From Candidatus Saccharimonadota bacterium (lineage in GTDB: Bacteria > Patescibacteriota > Saccharimonadia > CAILAD01 > BJGX01): 45,193 nt of DNA. The stretch covers positions 1-45,193 of the forward strand of contig JBAXNA010000002.1 in assembly GCA_037133995.1 (NCBI GenBank). Reading direction: 5' to 3'. Made by a program: the position numbers and the translations under genes. Of this stretch, positions 18,583 through 27,458 are shown piece by piece; the first letter of the stretch is position 1, and each line of letters starts with the position of its first letter. Below the pieces are notes generated by a model. The model ran no database searches. It saw nothing but the letters and a program-made list of their open reading frames with translations, and was not told the DNA's origin.

Positions 18583-19649
18583 TGCTTAATATTTTTTTTA
18601 TTATCCAGCATCGTTCGCTTGTAAAAAAACAGCCCAATTGGCATAAACAGCCAGAGCGCGATTGTTCGATAAATAATAGTTACGGCAAAAGCAACATCAA
18701 AAGGAATATTTAAACCCACAAATGTTGCGACCATCCCCGCTTCATATACACCTATACCCGCTGTAATTACACTCACTAGAGATGTAATAAGAGCTATCAC
18801 ATAAGCCGCAATAACGATTCCAGGGTTTATAATCTCACCAAAAGCTAAAAATACTAAATATATTGTGGCTATGTCCCAGACGATCATCATGCAGGTGTAG
18901 AAAAAAGGCCTTCCAAGCGACTTATAGTTATGTCTTAAAAAAATTATAGAAGAGTGCATTTTTTCTATAAAATCTTTTATTCTCTTACGACCAAAAACTC
19001 TCTTGCGAATTAGCTTCATGAATCGGTTGATTGGCTTCGCGGCAACAATGGCCACATCTTCTATTGTGCCGGGGCTAAAAATAAATACTAAGAAAGCTAT
19101 ACTAATGGCAATAATAATAATTAAAACCAAAATAATAATCCTTGAGCTCACTCTTATGACTTGGTTCGAAAGCAGCAACATTACAACACCAATAAGTAAA
19201 AAAAGTAGATAAGCTGCAAAACTTAATAAATACCAGCTCAGCTGGGCTAAGGTTGTATTTGACGAGTCTACCTCGTCTTCTAGAGACTTTCGAATGTAAG
19301 AAATCCCAGACAGCCCGCCAGAAGGAAAAACAATATTTACAAAATTCATGGTAACTGTTGCTTCTACTAGATGGCTAAACTTCGCTTTTTGCTTAAAAAT
19401 TGCAAAGAAACTCTCAAAATACTTGGCGTTTGCTCGGTAATATAGATAGCGTAGCGGTATCGCCAAAAGTAGTAGCCACCAGTTTACTTGAGATAGTAGT
19501 TCTCTAAAGGACTGCAGCTGATTAAACTGATTGTAGGCCAGTACAACAATTATAATTAGGGCTATAAAAAATACAAAATGACGTAATCTCATTTGATAAT
19601 AACTTTTAGCATAATATTTATTGTACCGTATTTGTTGAGATAAAGTCAC
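18579..19649 (-). CDS. Polytopic membrane protein, UPF0104/LPG-synthase-TM-like (flippase-like)
   Basis: About 8 TM helices. The start is uncertain: either GTG at 19649 or ATG at 19592 (MRLRHFVFF...). Confidence 0.6.
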   Translation of the reverse strand: MTLSQQIRYNKYYAKSYYQMRLRHFVFFIALIIIVVLAYNQFNQLQSFRELLSQVNWWLLLLAIPLRYLYYRANAKYFESFFAIFKQKAKFSHLVEATVTMNFVNIVFPSGGLSGISYIRKSLEDEVDSSNTTLAQLSWYLLSFAAYLLFLLIGVVMLLLSNQVIRVSSRIIILVLIIIIAISIAFLVFIFSPGTIEDVAIVAAKPINRFMKLIRKRVFGRKRIKDFIEKMHSSIIFLRHNYKSLGRPFFYTCMMIVWDIATIYLVFLAFGEIINPGIVIAAYVIALITSLVSVITAGIGVYEAGMVATFVGLNIPFDVAFAVTIIYRTIALWLFMPIGLFFYKRTMLDNKKNIKQ

Positions 19650-19659
19650 ATTTTTGGGC

Positions 19660-19665
19660 TATAAT
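19660..19665 (+). promoter_or_regulatory. -10 box (TATAAT) 6 nt upstream of the ATG at 19672; candidate leaderless promoter
   Basis: The sequence reads gggcTATAATaagcccATG. No SD is present. Confidence 0.4.
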
Positions 19666-19671
19666 AAGCCC

Positions 19672-20820
19672 ATGCAATATCTAGCAATAATTGGCCGAGA
19701 AAAATCACTAGCATACGCTGAGCTTGAATCAGAGTTTAGTGCTATTGAAAAAATCGGCACCGAGGCGGTTACTTTTGACCAACTCAAGCAGCCTACAATT
19801 AGTAGCCTCGGCTCTGTTATCAAGCTGGGCGAAGTATTTGACGAGACTCAAATATCTGCTAATTACTTGGCCAAAATTATTGCAAGAGTGGCCGCTCATT
19901 TTGAATCTTCAAGTGTTAAGTCTGTTGATTATGGCGTCAGTGTATATGGTAATGGCCTAAGTCAGGGTGCCTATAAAAATATTCTCATTCAAATCAAAAA
20001 AGGCCTGCGCCAGCGCAATATCAAAAGTCGTTTTGTAACCCCAAAAGGCTTTGATCTCAACTCTGCGCAGGTAAAACACAATAAGCTAATTGGCACTGGT
20101 ATTGAGATTATTTTAGTTATGGATGGCTCAAAAGTTATATTGGCCCAGACTACAGAGGTACAAGACGTAGATAGCTATAGCTTGCGCGATTTTGGTAGAC
20201 CAAGTAGAGATATGAAAGTTGGTATGTTTCCCCCAAAGCTCGCCCAAACCATGATTAGCCTAGCCTGCATTGACCCCCAGTCTGTCGTTTATGACCCGTT
20301 CTGTGGTAGTGGAGTTGTCTTGCAAGAAGCTATGCTTAGAGGTAATACAGCCTGGGGTTCAGATATTTCAGAGCCAATGGTTCGTTCTACAACAGAAAAT
20401 ATCAATTGGCTCACCAATCAGTACAATCTAGCAATTCCCTTCAAAGTTTATGAGGCAGACGCCACAACAATTACTACCGTGCCTGATACTGGCTATAGCA
20501 TTGTTACTGAAGGCTACCTGGGTACGATGCTTTCAAACAGCCCTACGGCAGATCAGCTATCATCACTTAGGGCTGAGCTATCTGAGCTCTATCTTAGATT
20601 TCTGAAAAATATTATGTCACTACGCAACAAGCCAAATAGCGTCGTGGTAAGCCTTCCCTGCTGGCAGACAAATAATGGCTTAGAAATGCTAGAAATCATT
20701 GACCAAATCAAGAAACTAGGCTATACTGTAAAGCAGTTCAAGTCTGTAGACACTACCAGTCTCGTCTATAAGCGAGAAGAACAAATAGTAGGCAGACAAA
20801 TATTAGCTCTAGAGCTATAG
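19672..20820 (+). CDS. SAM-dependent RNA/DNA methyltransferase (UPF0020/Trm11-like)
   Basis: Motif I VYDPFCGSGVVLQEA. The ATG at 19672 is preferred over the TTG at 19654. Confidence 0.7.
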   Translation: MQYLAIIGREKSLAYAELESEFSAIEKIGTEAVTFDQLKQPTISSLGSVIKLGEVFDETQISANYLAKIIARVAAHFESSSVKSVDYGVSVYGNGLSQGAYKNILIQIKKGLRQRNIKSRFVTPKGFDLNSAQVKHNKLIGTGIEIILVMDGSKVILAQTTEVQDVDSYSLRDFGRPSRDMKVGMFPPKLAQTMISLACIDPQSVVYDPFCGSGVVLQEAMLRGNTAWGSDISEPMVRSTTENINWLTNQYNLAIPFKVYEADATTITTVPDTGYSIVTEGYLGTMLSNSPTADQLSSLRAELSELYLRFLKNIMSLRNKPNSVVVSLPCWQTNNGLEMLEIIDQIKKLGYTVKQFKSVDTTSLVYKREEQIVGRQILALEL

Positions 20821-20844
20821 CATCAAAATTAAGAAAGGTTAAAT

Positions 20845-21123
20845 ATGTCACATACCAAAGCCGGCGGTTCGTCAAAGAACGGCCGCGATTCACAATCAAA
20901 AAGACTAGGAGTTAAGCTTTTTGGTGGTCAAGAAGCAAAATCTGGTGATATTATCTTGCGTCAGCGTGGTACAAAATTCGAACCAGGTACTGGCGTGGGT
21001 ACTGGCAAAGATTTTACTATCTATGCTTTGCAACCCGGTGTTGTTAAGTTCTCTCAGATCCGTAAAAAAGCTTTTACTGGCTCAAAACACCGCAAGACAG
21101 TTGTAAGCGTTACTCAGTCTTAA
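20845..21123 (+). CDS. rpmA: 50S ribosomal protein L27
   Basis: The N-terminal half ([27 protein letters not shown]) is the canonical L27 sequence. Confidence 0.95.
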   Translation: MSHTKAGGSSKNGRDSQSKRLGVKLFGGQEAKSGDIILRQRGTKFEPGTGVGTGKDFTIYALQPGVVKFSQIRKKAFTGSKHRKTVVSVTQS

Positions 21124-21147
21124 GTTTTTAGCTTAATTAGCCAATTT

Positions 21148-21181
21148 AAAAAGCACCACCTCTCTCAGGCGGTGCTTTTTA
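21148..21181. terminator. Bidirectional intrinsic terminator between rpmA and pyrG
   Basis: aaaaaGCACCaCC-tctctca-GGcGGTGCttttt, an A-run/T-run flanked hairpin. The pyrG stop codon lies inside it. Confidence 0.7.
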
Positions 21182-22811
21182 AATTGGCGCTAGATTTTAG
21201 CTTACTTTTGGCTGCGTGGTGCAAGCTAGAGCCTACAAAATCTTTAAAAAGTGGATGGGCAAAATCTGGTCTGGATTTATACTCTGGGTGAAACTGGCTA
21301 GCAACAAAAAACGGGTGATTTTTGAGCTCTACTATCTCTACTAGTTTCTTGTCTGGGCTGAGGCCACTAATTACCAGCCCGTTGGTTGTCAGTATTTCAC
21401 GGTACTCGTTGTTGAACTCATAGCGATGTCTATGTCTTTCGTGAACGCTTGACTTGCCATAGGCCAGAAAGGCTCTTGAGTTCTTGTCTAGCACACATTC
21501 ATAGTTGCCCAGTCTCATGCTGCCACCAAGCTCGAGCCCTACTTGGCTGGGCATGATATGCACGACGTGGTGCTTGGCATTTGGAGCCACTTCTGCAGAA
21601 TTAACGCTCTTAGATTTGAGTACATGTCTTGCAAATTCTATTACAGCTACCTGCATACCAAGACATAGCCCTAGATATGGTAAATTGTTTTCTCGGGCAT
21701 ATTTCGCGGCCATAATTTTGCCTTCTATTCCCCTACTACCAAAGCCACCCGGCACAACAATACCATCAACTTTTTTTAGCTCAGAGACTATTTGGTCTTC
21801 ATTTTCAGCATTTATCCAGTTGATCACAACATTTGTGTTGTGATGCCAGCCAGCCGAACGAAGGGCTTCAAATACACTCATATAGGTATCTTCGTGGCTC
21901 ATATATTTTGCAATCACACCGACTACGACCTTTTTTTGAGAATTTTTGATCTTTTCTACTAAGTGAGACCAGTCTTTTAGTTGAGGTGTCGTCTTGCCTA
22001 GGGCAAGCTTTTTGGTTATATAGTGACCTATTCCGGCTTCTTCCATACGCAAAGGCACCTCATAGACTGTTTTGGCTGTTTCTAGAGCAACTATTGCGTC
22101 TTTGTCTACGTCACAGTACAAGCTTAGCTTTTCTAGTGCACCGGCGGTGATATGGTGATCGGTGCGCACAAATAGTACATCGGGCTGAATACCTGCTTCT
22201 CGCAAGTCACGCACGCTATTTTGAGCTGGCTTAGTCTTGACCTCTTTGCTGGTTTCTAGGTATGGCAAAAAAACTAAATGGGCGTAGAGCACGTTTTCTG
22301 CACCTACTTTACGCTTCATTTGTCTTATGGCTTCTATAAATGCCATTGCCTCATAGTCTCCTACAGTTCCACCAATCTCGACAATATGAATATCACTGCC
22401 CTTGCCGGCCTCAATTATTCGACGCTGAATCTCGGTGGTGACATGGGGAATTATCTGCACTGATTTGCCCAAATAAAGACCTTTTCTTTCGTTAGCTATG
22501 ACTTGTGAAAAAACTTGGCCAGATATTACCGAGCTACTTCTCTCTAGCTCTCTGTCAATAAATCTTTCGTAGTGACCAAGGTCGAGGTCTGTTTCAGCAC
22601 CATCGTGTGTTACAAAGACTTCACCATGCTCGGCTGGGTTTAGGGTGCCGGCATCGGTATTAAGATAGGGATCGCACTTCTGCATATTTACTAAAAAGCC
22701 TCGGCTAGAGAGAATTCTACCAAGGCTTGCTGCGGTGATGCCTTTACCGAGTCCTGAAACAACTCCACCTGTAACAAAAATATACTTTGTATTGTTTGTT
22801 TTACTTTTCAT
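21165..22811 (-). CDS. pyrG: CTP synthase
   Basis: GGVVSGLGKGI at the N-terminus and the GLCLGMQ glutaminase Cys motif, 548 aa. Confidence 0.95.
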   Translation of the reverse strand: MKSKTNNTKYIFVTGGVVSGLGKGITAASLGRILSSRGFLVNMQKCDPYLNTDAGTLNPAEHGEVFVTHDGAETDLDLGHYERFIDRELERSSSVISGQVFSQVIANERKGLYLGKSVQIIPHVTTEIQRRIIEAGKGSDIHIVEIGGTVGDYEAMAFIEAIRQMKRKVGAENVLYAHLVFLPYLETSKEVKTKPAQNSVRDLREAGIQPDVLFVRTDHHITAGALEKLSLYCDVDKDAIVALETAKTVYEVPLRMEEAGIGHYITKKLALGKTTPQLKDWSHLVEKIKNSQKKVVVGVIAKYMSHEDTYMSVFEALRSAGWHHNTNVVINWINAENEDQIVSELKKVDGIVVPGGFGSRGIEGKIMAAKYARENNLPYLGLCLGMQVAVIEFARHVLKSKSVNSAEVAPNAKHHVVHIMPSQVGLELGGSMRLGNYECVLDKNSRAFLAYGKSSVHERHRHRYEFNNEYREILTTNGLVISGLSPDKKLVEIVELKNHPFFVASQFHPEYKSRPDFAHPLFKDFVGSSLHHAAKSKLKSSANLKSTA

Positions 22812-22905
22812 AATAACTAAAACTCCCCCTCTTTCTTACATACTATCATAGCGCTTACGTAATACTTAGCGCAAGCTATTTGCTAATAATTATTTATAAA
22901 AATTG

Positions 22906-24171
22906 TTATTGGGCGGCTTTTTGAGCAGCCAGTTCTAGAGCCTTTACTAGTTGAGGGTCGGTATTTGAATTGTAGTCTTGGGTAGTTAGCTTGACCTCTA
23001 CGTCAGGCTTAATACCTTCTTTAGAAATGTTTATGCCTTTTGGTGTATACCAGTGAGCCACGGTTACTTTTAAAGAGTCGGTTTTACAGTCGGCGCCAAT
23101 ATTAAGACTACTTAGGCAGATTATTTCTTGTACACTACCCTTACCATAGGTTTTCTCACCAACCAGTACGGCCCGGCCGTTGTCATGAAGGGCACCAGCC
23201 ATAATTTCACTGGCACTGGCTGAGCCTTCATTTACCAAGATAACAACAGGAACTTTGGTGAGGCTACCACCACTCTGTGCATTTATAACTTTATTTTTTT
23301 CATTTCGCGAGCGTTCTTCTACCACAACCCCACTACTCATAAATTCAGAGCTTATTTTGACAGAAGCATCTAAGTAGCCGCCGGGGTTGTCGCGCACATC
23401 AATTACCACGGCCTTGACGCCGGCGTTAGCAAACTCTTGGGCAGCCTTGCTTACGTCATTTGCAGTTTCGGCTCCAAAAGTACGTATTTTGATATAGCCA
23501 ATGTTTCCTGGCTTGATCTCTGTAGTTACACTAGGCACACTTATGTCGTCTCTTATTATTTTTATGTCTTGTGGGGCCGCACCGTCACGCATAATTGTCA
23601 GAGTAACTTCTGTACCTTTGTCGCCACGAATTTTTTTGACAGCTTCGTCTGTAGAGAGGCCACTAGTGTCTTGACCATCTATTGCCACAATCACGTCACC
23701 AGCCCTAATGCCGGCTTTACTGGCAGGAGTACCATCTATTGGGGCAATAACAGTCAATCTATCGTTTTTTGTGCCTATTTCAATACCCACGCCACTTAGC
23801 TTGCCAGTAAGCTGGTCTGAGAGCTCCTTGTTGTCTTTAGCTGTTAAGTAAGTAGTGTAGGGGTCACCAAGGCTGGCTACCATTCCCTCTGTAGCTCCTT
23901 GGCTTTGTTTTTCGCTGTTTATGTCTCCATCAAATTTTTTGTGTAAGATTTCATTTACTTGCCAGAATTTATCAAGATTTATACTGTTTTTTGACCTAGC
24001 TATAGAGTTTGGGCCAATTTGCAGACGTGGGCCGTAGGCATTAAATACAAAACCTATAGCAAAAAATACCACTGCAGTAGCAGCTATTTGCCATATTCTA
24101 ATATGGTTACTAGAATTCGTTGCGGGGGGAGCTTGTTGTGGCGTATTTTTTGGTTCTTGCTGATTATTCAT
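22906..24171 (-). CDS. ctpA: Carboxy-terminal processing (S41) protease with PDZ domain and N-terminal TM anchor
   Basis: PDZ-like segment GIRAGDVIVAIDG, the GSASASEI serine motif and TYGKGS. Confidence 0.85.
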   Translation of the reverse strand: MNNQQEPKNTPQQAPPATNSSNHIRIWQIAATAVVFFAIGFVFNAYGPRLQIGPNSIARSKNSINLDKFWQVNEILHKKFDGDINSEKQSQGATEGMVASLGDPYTTYLTAKDNKELSDQLTGKLSGVGIEIGTKNDRLTVIAPIDGTPASKAGIRAGDVIVAIDGQDTSGLSTDEAVKKIRGDKGTEVTLTIMRDGAAPQDIKIIRDDISVPSVTTEIKPGNIGYIKIRTFGAETANDVSKAAQEFANAGVKAVVIDVRDNPGGYLDASVKISSEFMSSGVVVEERSRNEKNKVINAQSGGSLTKVPVVILVNEGSASASEIMAGALHDNGRAVLVGEKTYGKGSVQEIICLSSLNIGADCKTDSLKVTVAHWYTPKGINISKEGIKPDVEVKLTTQDYNSNTDPQLVKALELAAQKAAQ

Positions 24172-24180
24172 AAGTGTTAA

Positions 24181-24553
24181 GCTATCTTAGCAGATGACCG
24201 TACAGTGTTACAAGACCATTATTGTGCAAGATCATTACCTTGTGGCCAAAACCGTAGCTGTCCCAGCCGTTAAATATTATCTGCCCAGCATCTGCTGCAC
24301 GTACTGGTGGGCTACTGGGGTTAGCGATATCTATGCCATTATGAAATGAGTAGCCACAGACTGTACAAGTAGCTGGCCCGTAGTTTTGAGTCATTATGCC
24401 GTTTGTTACCGAGCGATAGTCAAAAGGCGAACCATTTGGATTAATAAAACTACCTCCATTCAGCACAGAAAAATGCAGGTGAGTTCCGGTTGAGTTGCCG
24501 GTGCTGCCCATGTAGCCAATAATATCACCTTTGTTGACTGAGCCTAGGCTGAC
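24181..24553. repeat. Copy 1 of a 373-bp near-identical direct repeat (M23 module)
   Basis: Aligns base-for-base with 25172..25544 (offset 991) with about 4 mismatches by eye. Confidence 0.9.
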
Positions 24554-25162
24554 GAGACCACCAGAAGTATTCTGGGCGATCATGCTTGTAGCTAAGACGT
24601 TACTGCTCAGGCCAGAATCAACAGGGGGAACAACTAGCGGATTGTCTGGGTTGGTCTGGCCTGCTGAGTCTTGTGGCAAAGTCACTGTACTTTGATTGCT
24701 CAAATCTGTAGTATTAGCTGGCAGACTTGGGCCTGAATCTAATGTTTGCGGATAGTCTGAGGGTGTACTAGAGTATTCTTGCTGTGGCCCCACAGCAGCA
24801 GTCAGCTGGAGTGGTTGATTAGGTTGTTTTGGCAGCTGGGCGAGCTGCGATGCAGCTGTGTCTGTAGCTGGCTGGGGCTGTGGGTAAATTGGCGGCGTAG
24901 GCTTAGCAGTATTGGGGTCGTAGACTGGCTGAGTCTCTGAGTAAACAGTGCTTGCAGGTGTTTCTGCATAGGGCTGTGGTGCAGCTGTAGCTTGAGGCCG
25001 AGCTACAATATTCGGGTAAGCGTAGGATAAGGCAAGACATATCACAGAAAATACCACTGCGGTAGCGGCTACTTGCCTTATCCGGTTTCTAGAACTAGCG
25101 GGCGCTGGAGGTGTCTGCGCTTCGGGTGAGGATGATTTTTCGTGATCTTGTATAGGCTGCAT
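24182..25162 (-). CDS. Membrane-anchored M23 (LytM-type) peptidase with a Pro/Gln-rich linker; catalytic motifs in permuted order
   Basis: TM anchor (AATAVVFSVICLAL). HxH (THLHF) comes before HxxxD (HNGID), and the protein ends at LYGHLLR. Confidence 0.8.
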   Translation of the reverse strand: MQPIQDHEKSSSPEAQTPPAPASSRNRIRQVAATAVVFSVICLALSYAYPNIVARPQATAAPQPYAETPASTVYSETQPVYDPNTAKPTPPIYPQPQPATDTAASQLAQLPKQPNQPLQLTAAVGPQQEYSSTPSDYPQTLDSGPSLPANTTDLSNQSTVTLPQDSAGQTNPDNPLVVPPVDSGLSSNVLATSMIAQNTSGGLVSLGSVNKGDIIGYMGSTGNSTGTHLHFSVLNGGSFINPNGSPFDYRSVTNGIMTQNYGPATCTVCGYSFHNGIDIANPSSPPVRAADAGQIIFNGWDSYGFGHKVMILHNNGLVTLYGHLLR

Positions 25163-25171
25163 AACTTATAA

Positions 25172-25544
25172 GCTATCTTAGCAGATGACCATATAGTGTC
25201 ACAAGACCATTATTGTGCAAGATCATTACCTTGTGGCCAAAACCGTAGCTGTCCCAGCCGTTAAATATTATCTGCCCAGCATCTGCTGCACGTACTGGTG
25301 GGCTACTGGGGTTAGCGATATCTATGCCATTATGAAATGAGTAGCCACAGACTGTACAAGTAGCTGGCCCGTAGTTTTGAGTCATTATGCCGTTTGTTAC
25401 CGAGCGATAGTCAAAAGGCGAACCATTTGGATTAATAAAACTACCTCCATTCAGCACAGAAAAATGCAGGTGAGTTCCGGTTGAGTTGCCGGTGCTGCCC
25501 ATGTAGCCAATAATATCACCCTTGTTGACTGAGCCTAGGCTGAC
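25172..25544. repeat. Copy 2 of a 373-bp near-identical direct repeat (M23 module)
   Basis: See copy 1. Similarity ends abruptly at 25545. Confidence 0.9.
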
Positions 25545-26246
25545 TAAGTTTCCTGACCTAAAAGATTGAAGTGCAGCCGCTGCCTGAGCTGCCACCTGAG
25601 CCTCAGCTTGCTTTCGCTGACCAGAAAGATCAGATACAACTTTCTGGAATTGGGCCTCTTCGCCCTTAGTTTGAGCTAGTAAAGTAGCCTTCTGAGCACG
25701 TTGCCCAGCAATACTATCAACCTGGGCTTTTTGCTGCGCGCTCAGTGTAGTAAGTTCAGTCTTTTTGGCTTCAAGATCTACCTTGATTGCAGCAATCTTA
25801 ACAAGATTATCATCTATTTTTTTCTTGATGGCGGAGAGATACTGCTGCTGGGCCACAAAGTCACTTAAGTTTTTACTAGATGCCACTACCTCTATCGGGG
25901 TAGTTTCTCCCTGCTTATAGACTATCTTGAGATTGTCTTTTAGAATCAATTTTTGCTTTTCTAGCTCAGCATTCTGGGCGTTGATTTTTTCAGTCGTTTG
26001 ATTGAACTGAAGAGTGGTAAGATCTAGTGAGTCTTGGGCTGCATCTATACTACCATTTAGCTCATTTATTGCGCCCTGCAAGGTACTGGCTTCACCTTTT
26101 TTAGCATTAACTGCTTGCTGGTTTTGTTTAATCTGAGTATTGAGAGTATTTATTTTATCTTGTAGTGTTTGTGCAAAAACAGTGCTCGGCGCGAGTAGTA
26201 GTAGTAGAGCAGATATTGAAAGTAGTAATTTTTTAGTGTTTTTCAT
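25173..26246 (-). CDS. Secreted coiled-coil M23 (LytM-type) peptidase (EnvC-like architecture); catalytic motifs in permuted order
   Basis: Signal peptide (LLLLAPSTVFA), about 220 aa of coiled coil, and the same C-terminal 124 aa as the 24182..25162 protein. Confidence 0.8.
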   Translation of the reverse strand: MKNTKKLLLSISALLLLLAPSTVFAQTLQDKINTLNTQIKQNQQAVNAKKGEASTLQGAINELNGSIDAAQDSLDLTTLQFNQTTEKINAQNAELEKQKLILKDNLKIVYKQGETTPIEVVASSKNLSDFVAQQQYLSAIKKKIDDNLVKIAAIKVDLEAKKTELTTLSAQQKAQVDSIAGQRAQKATLLAQTKGEEAQFQKVVSDLSGQRKQAEAQVAAQAAAALQSFRSGNLVSLGSVNKGDIIGYMGSTGNSTGTHLHFSVLNGGSFINPNGSPFDYRSVTNGIMTQNYGPATCTVCGYSFHNGIDIANPSSPPVRAADAGQIIFNGWDSYGFGHKVMILHNNGLVTLYGHLLR

Positions 26247-26252
26247 AATATT

Positions 26253-27356
26253 TTAAAAGTGTAAAAACTGAAGCCCAGCTATATTTACGTCACTTGTTGA
26301 GTAAGATCCTTCCCAGTTAGCATTATATTGACTGACGTGTACTGTGCCATTGCCATTGACCTTCTCGACATACATGGCATGCCCGTATTCACCAGCTGTG
26401 CTAATAGCAATGTCGCCGGGTCTGGGGCTGTTGTCTACAGGTATATCGTAGGCCACAGCGTTGCCAGGCCACTGCTTGGCATTGCCTATACCGCCCCAGT
26501 AAGGCATGCGCCTGCCAGATGCCGCCACTCGCCAAGCAGTGTAGCTTACGCACTGACGCTGAAACATACCCCAGGGGTCGGCAATCAAATTAGGCCAAGG
26601 TGAAGTTGCCCAGGGGTAGCCGCCAGTGCCACCATAAACTACATTGGTGGAATAACCACCAATAATAGCGGCTTGTTGCATTCTAAGCTCATTAATTTTT
26701 GCTGTGTCTTCACCAGCTACTCTGCGATAGTTGGCTTCATCACCTTGAGTTCTTTGAAGTAAGCTCTGCTGTTGGGATCTCTGAGTGGCAATTTGTTCAT
26801 AGGTATTTTTTTGTTGGGTAGACAGCGCAGTAAGTTGTGACTTCTTTTCATCTAAGGCTTTTTTGATAAGTCTTATTTTTTCGAGATTATTATCAATCTT
26901 TTCTCTTATGGCCGAAAGATATTGTTGTTTAGCTACAAAATCACTGAGATTTACGCTAGATGCAATTATTTCAAGCGGGCTAACATAGCCTTCTTTATAA
27001 ATAAGCCTCAGATTGTCTTTTAGAATGCTTCGCTGGTGGTCAAGCTCTCTGTTGGTTGCATTTATATCAGATTGAGTTTCAGAAATTTTGGTATTTGTGA
27101 TGTCGAGTTGGGTTTGTGCAACATTGATTTGGGCCTCTATTGCCGAAAGAGCAGACTTTAGGCTGTCGGCTTCAGCAGTCTTGGCGTTAGCGGCATTTTG
27201 ACTATCGGCCACCTTCTTATTTAAAACTTTGATTTGATCGTCAAATTTGTCTGCCGAAACAACTTTTGGCAACAACAAAATAGCAACTACTCCGAGTGTT
27301 GCCAGTAGTTTTGTTTTTGTCATATTAAGATTTAAAGACTTGACTCTTGAAGACAT
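26253..27356 (-). CDS. Secreted coiled-coil CHAP-domain peptidoglycan hydrolase (PcsB-like architecture)
   Basis: Signal peptide, and a coiled coil homologous to that of the 25173..26246 protein. The C-terminal CHAP domain has Cys (QRQCVSYTAW) and His (GHAMYVEKV). Confidence 0.8.
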   Translation of the reverse strand: MSSRVKSLNLNMTKTKLLATLGVVAILLLPKVVSADKFDDQIKVLNKKVADSQNAANAKTAEADSLKSALSAIEAQINVAQTQLDITNTKISETQSDINATNRELDHQRSILKDNLRLIYKEGYVSPLEIIASSVNLSDFVAKQQYLSAIREKIDNNLEKIRLIKKALDEKKSQLTALSTQQKNTYEQIATQRSQQQSLLQRTQGDEANYRRVAGEDTAKINELRMQQAAIIGGYSTNVVYGGTGGYPWATSPWPNLIADPWGMFQRQCVSYTAWRVAASGRRMPYWGGIGNAKQWPGNAVAYDIPVDNSPRPGDIAISTAGEYGHAMYVEKVNGNGTVHVSQYNANWEGSYSTSDVNIAGLQFLHF

Positions 27357-27392
27357 TGAGTTCTGTCACCCTCCCAAGAGACATTAGATATA

Positions 27393-27420
27393 TTATAACA
27401 AAAAAAGTGCTTATGTTCAA
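27393..27420 (-). promoter_or_regulatory. Sigma70-type promoter of the CHAP/M23/ctpA genes
   Basis: On the minus strand: TTGAAC (27420..27415), a 16-nt spacer, then TATAAT (27398..27393). SD gggaggg lies downstream. Confidence 0.6.
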
Positions 27421-27458
27421 GCTTTATGAGCGGTAATTAGTCGGTTTCTGAGTAAAAA

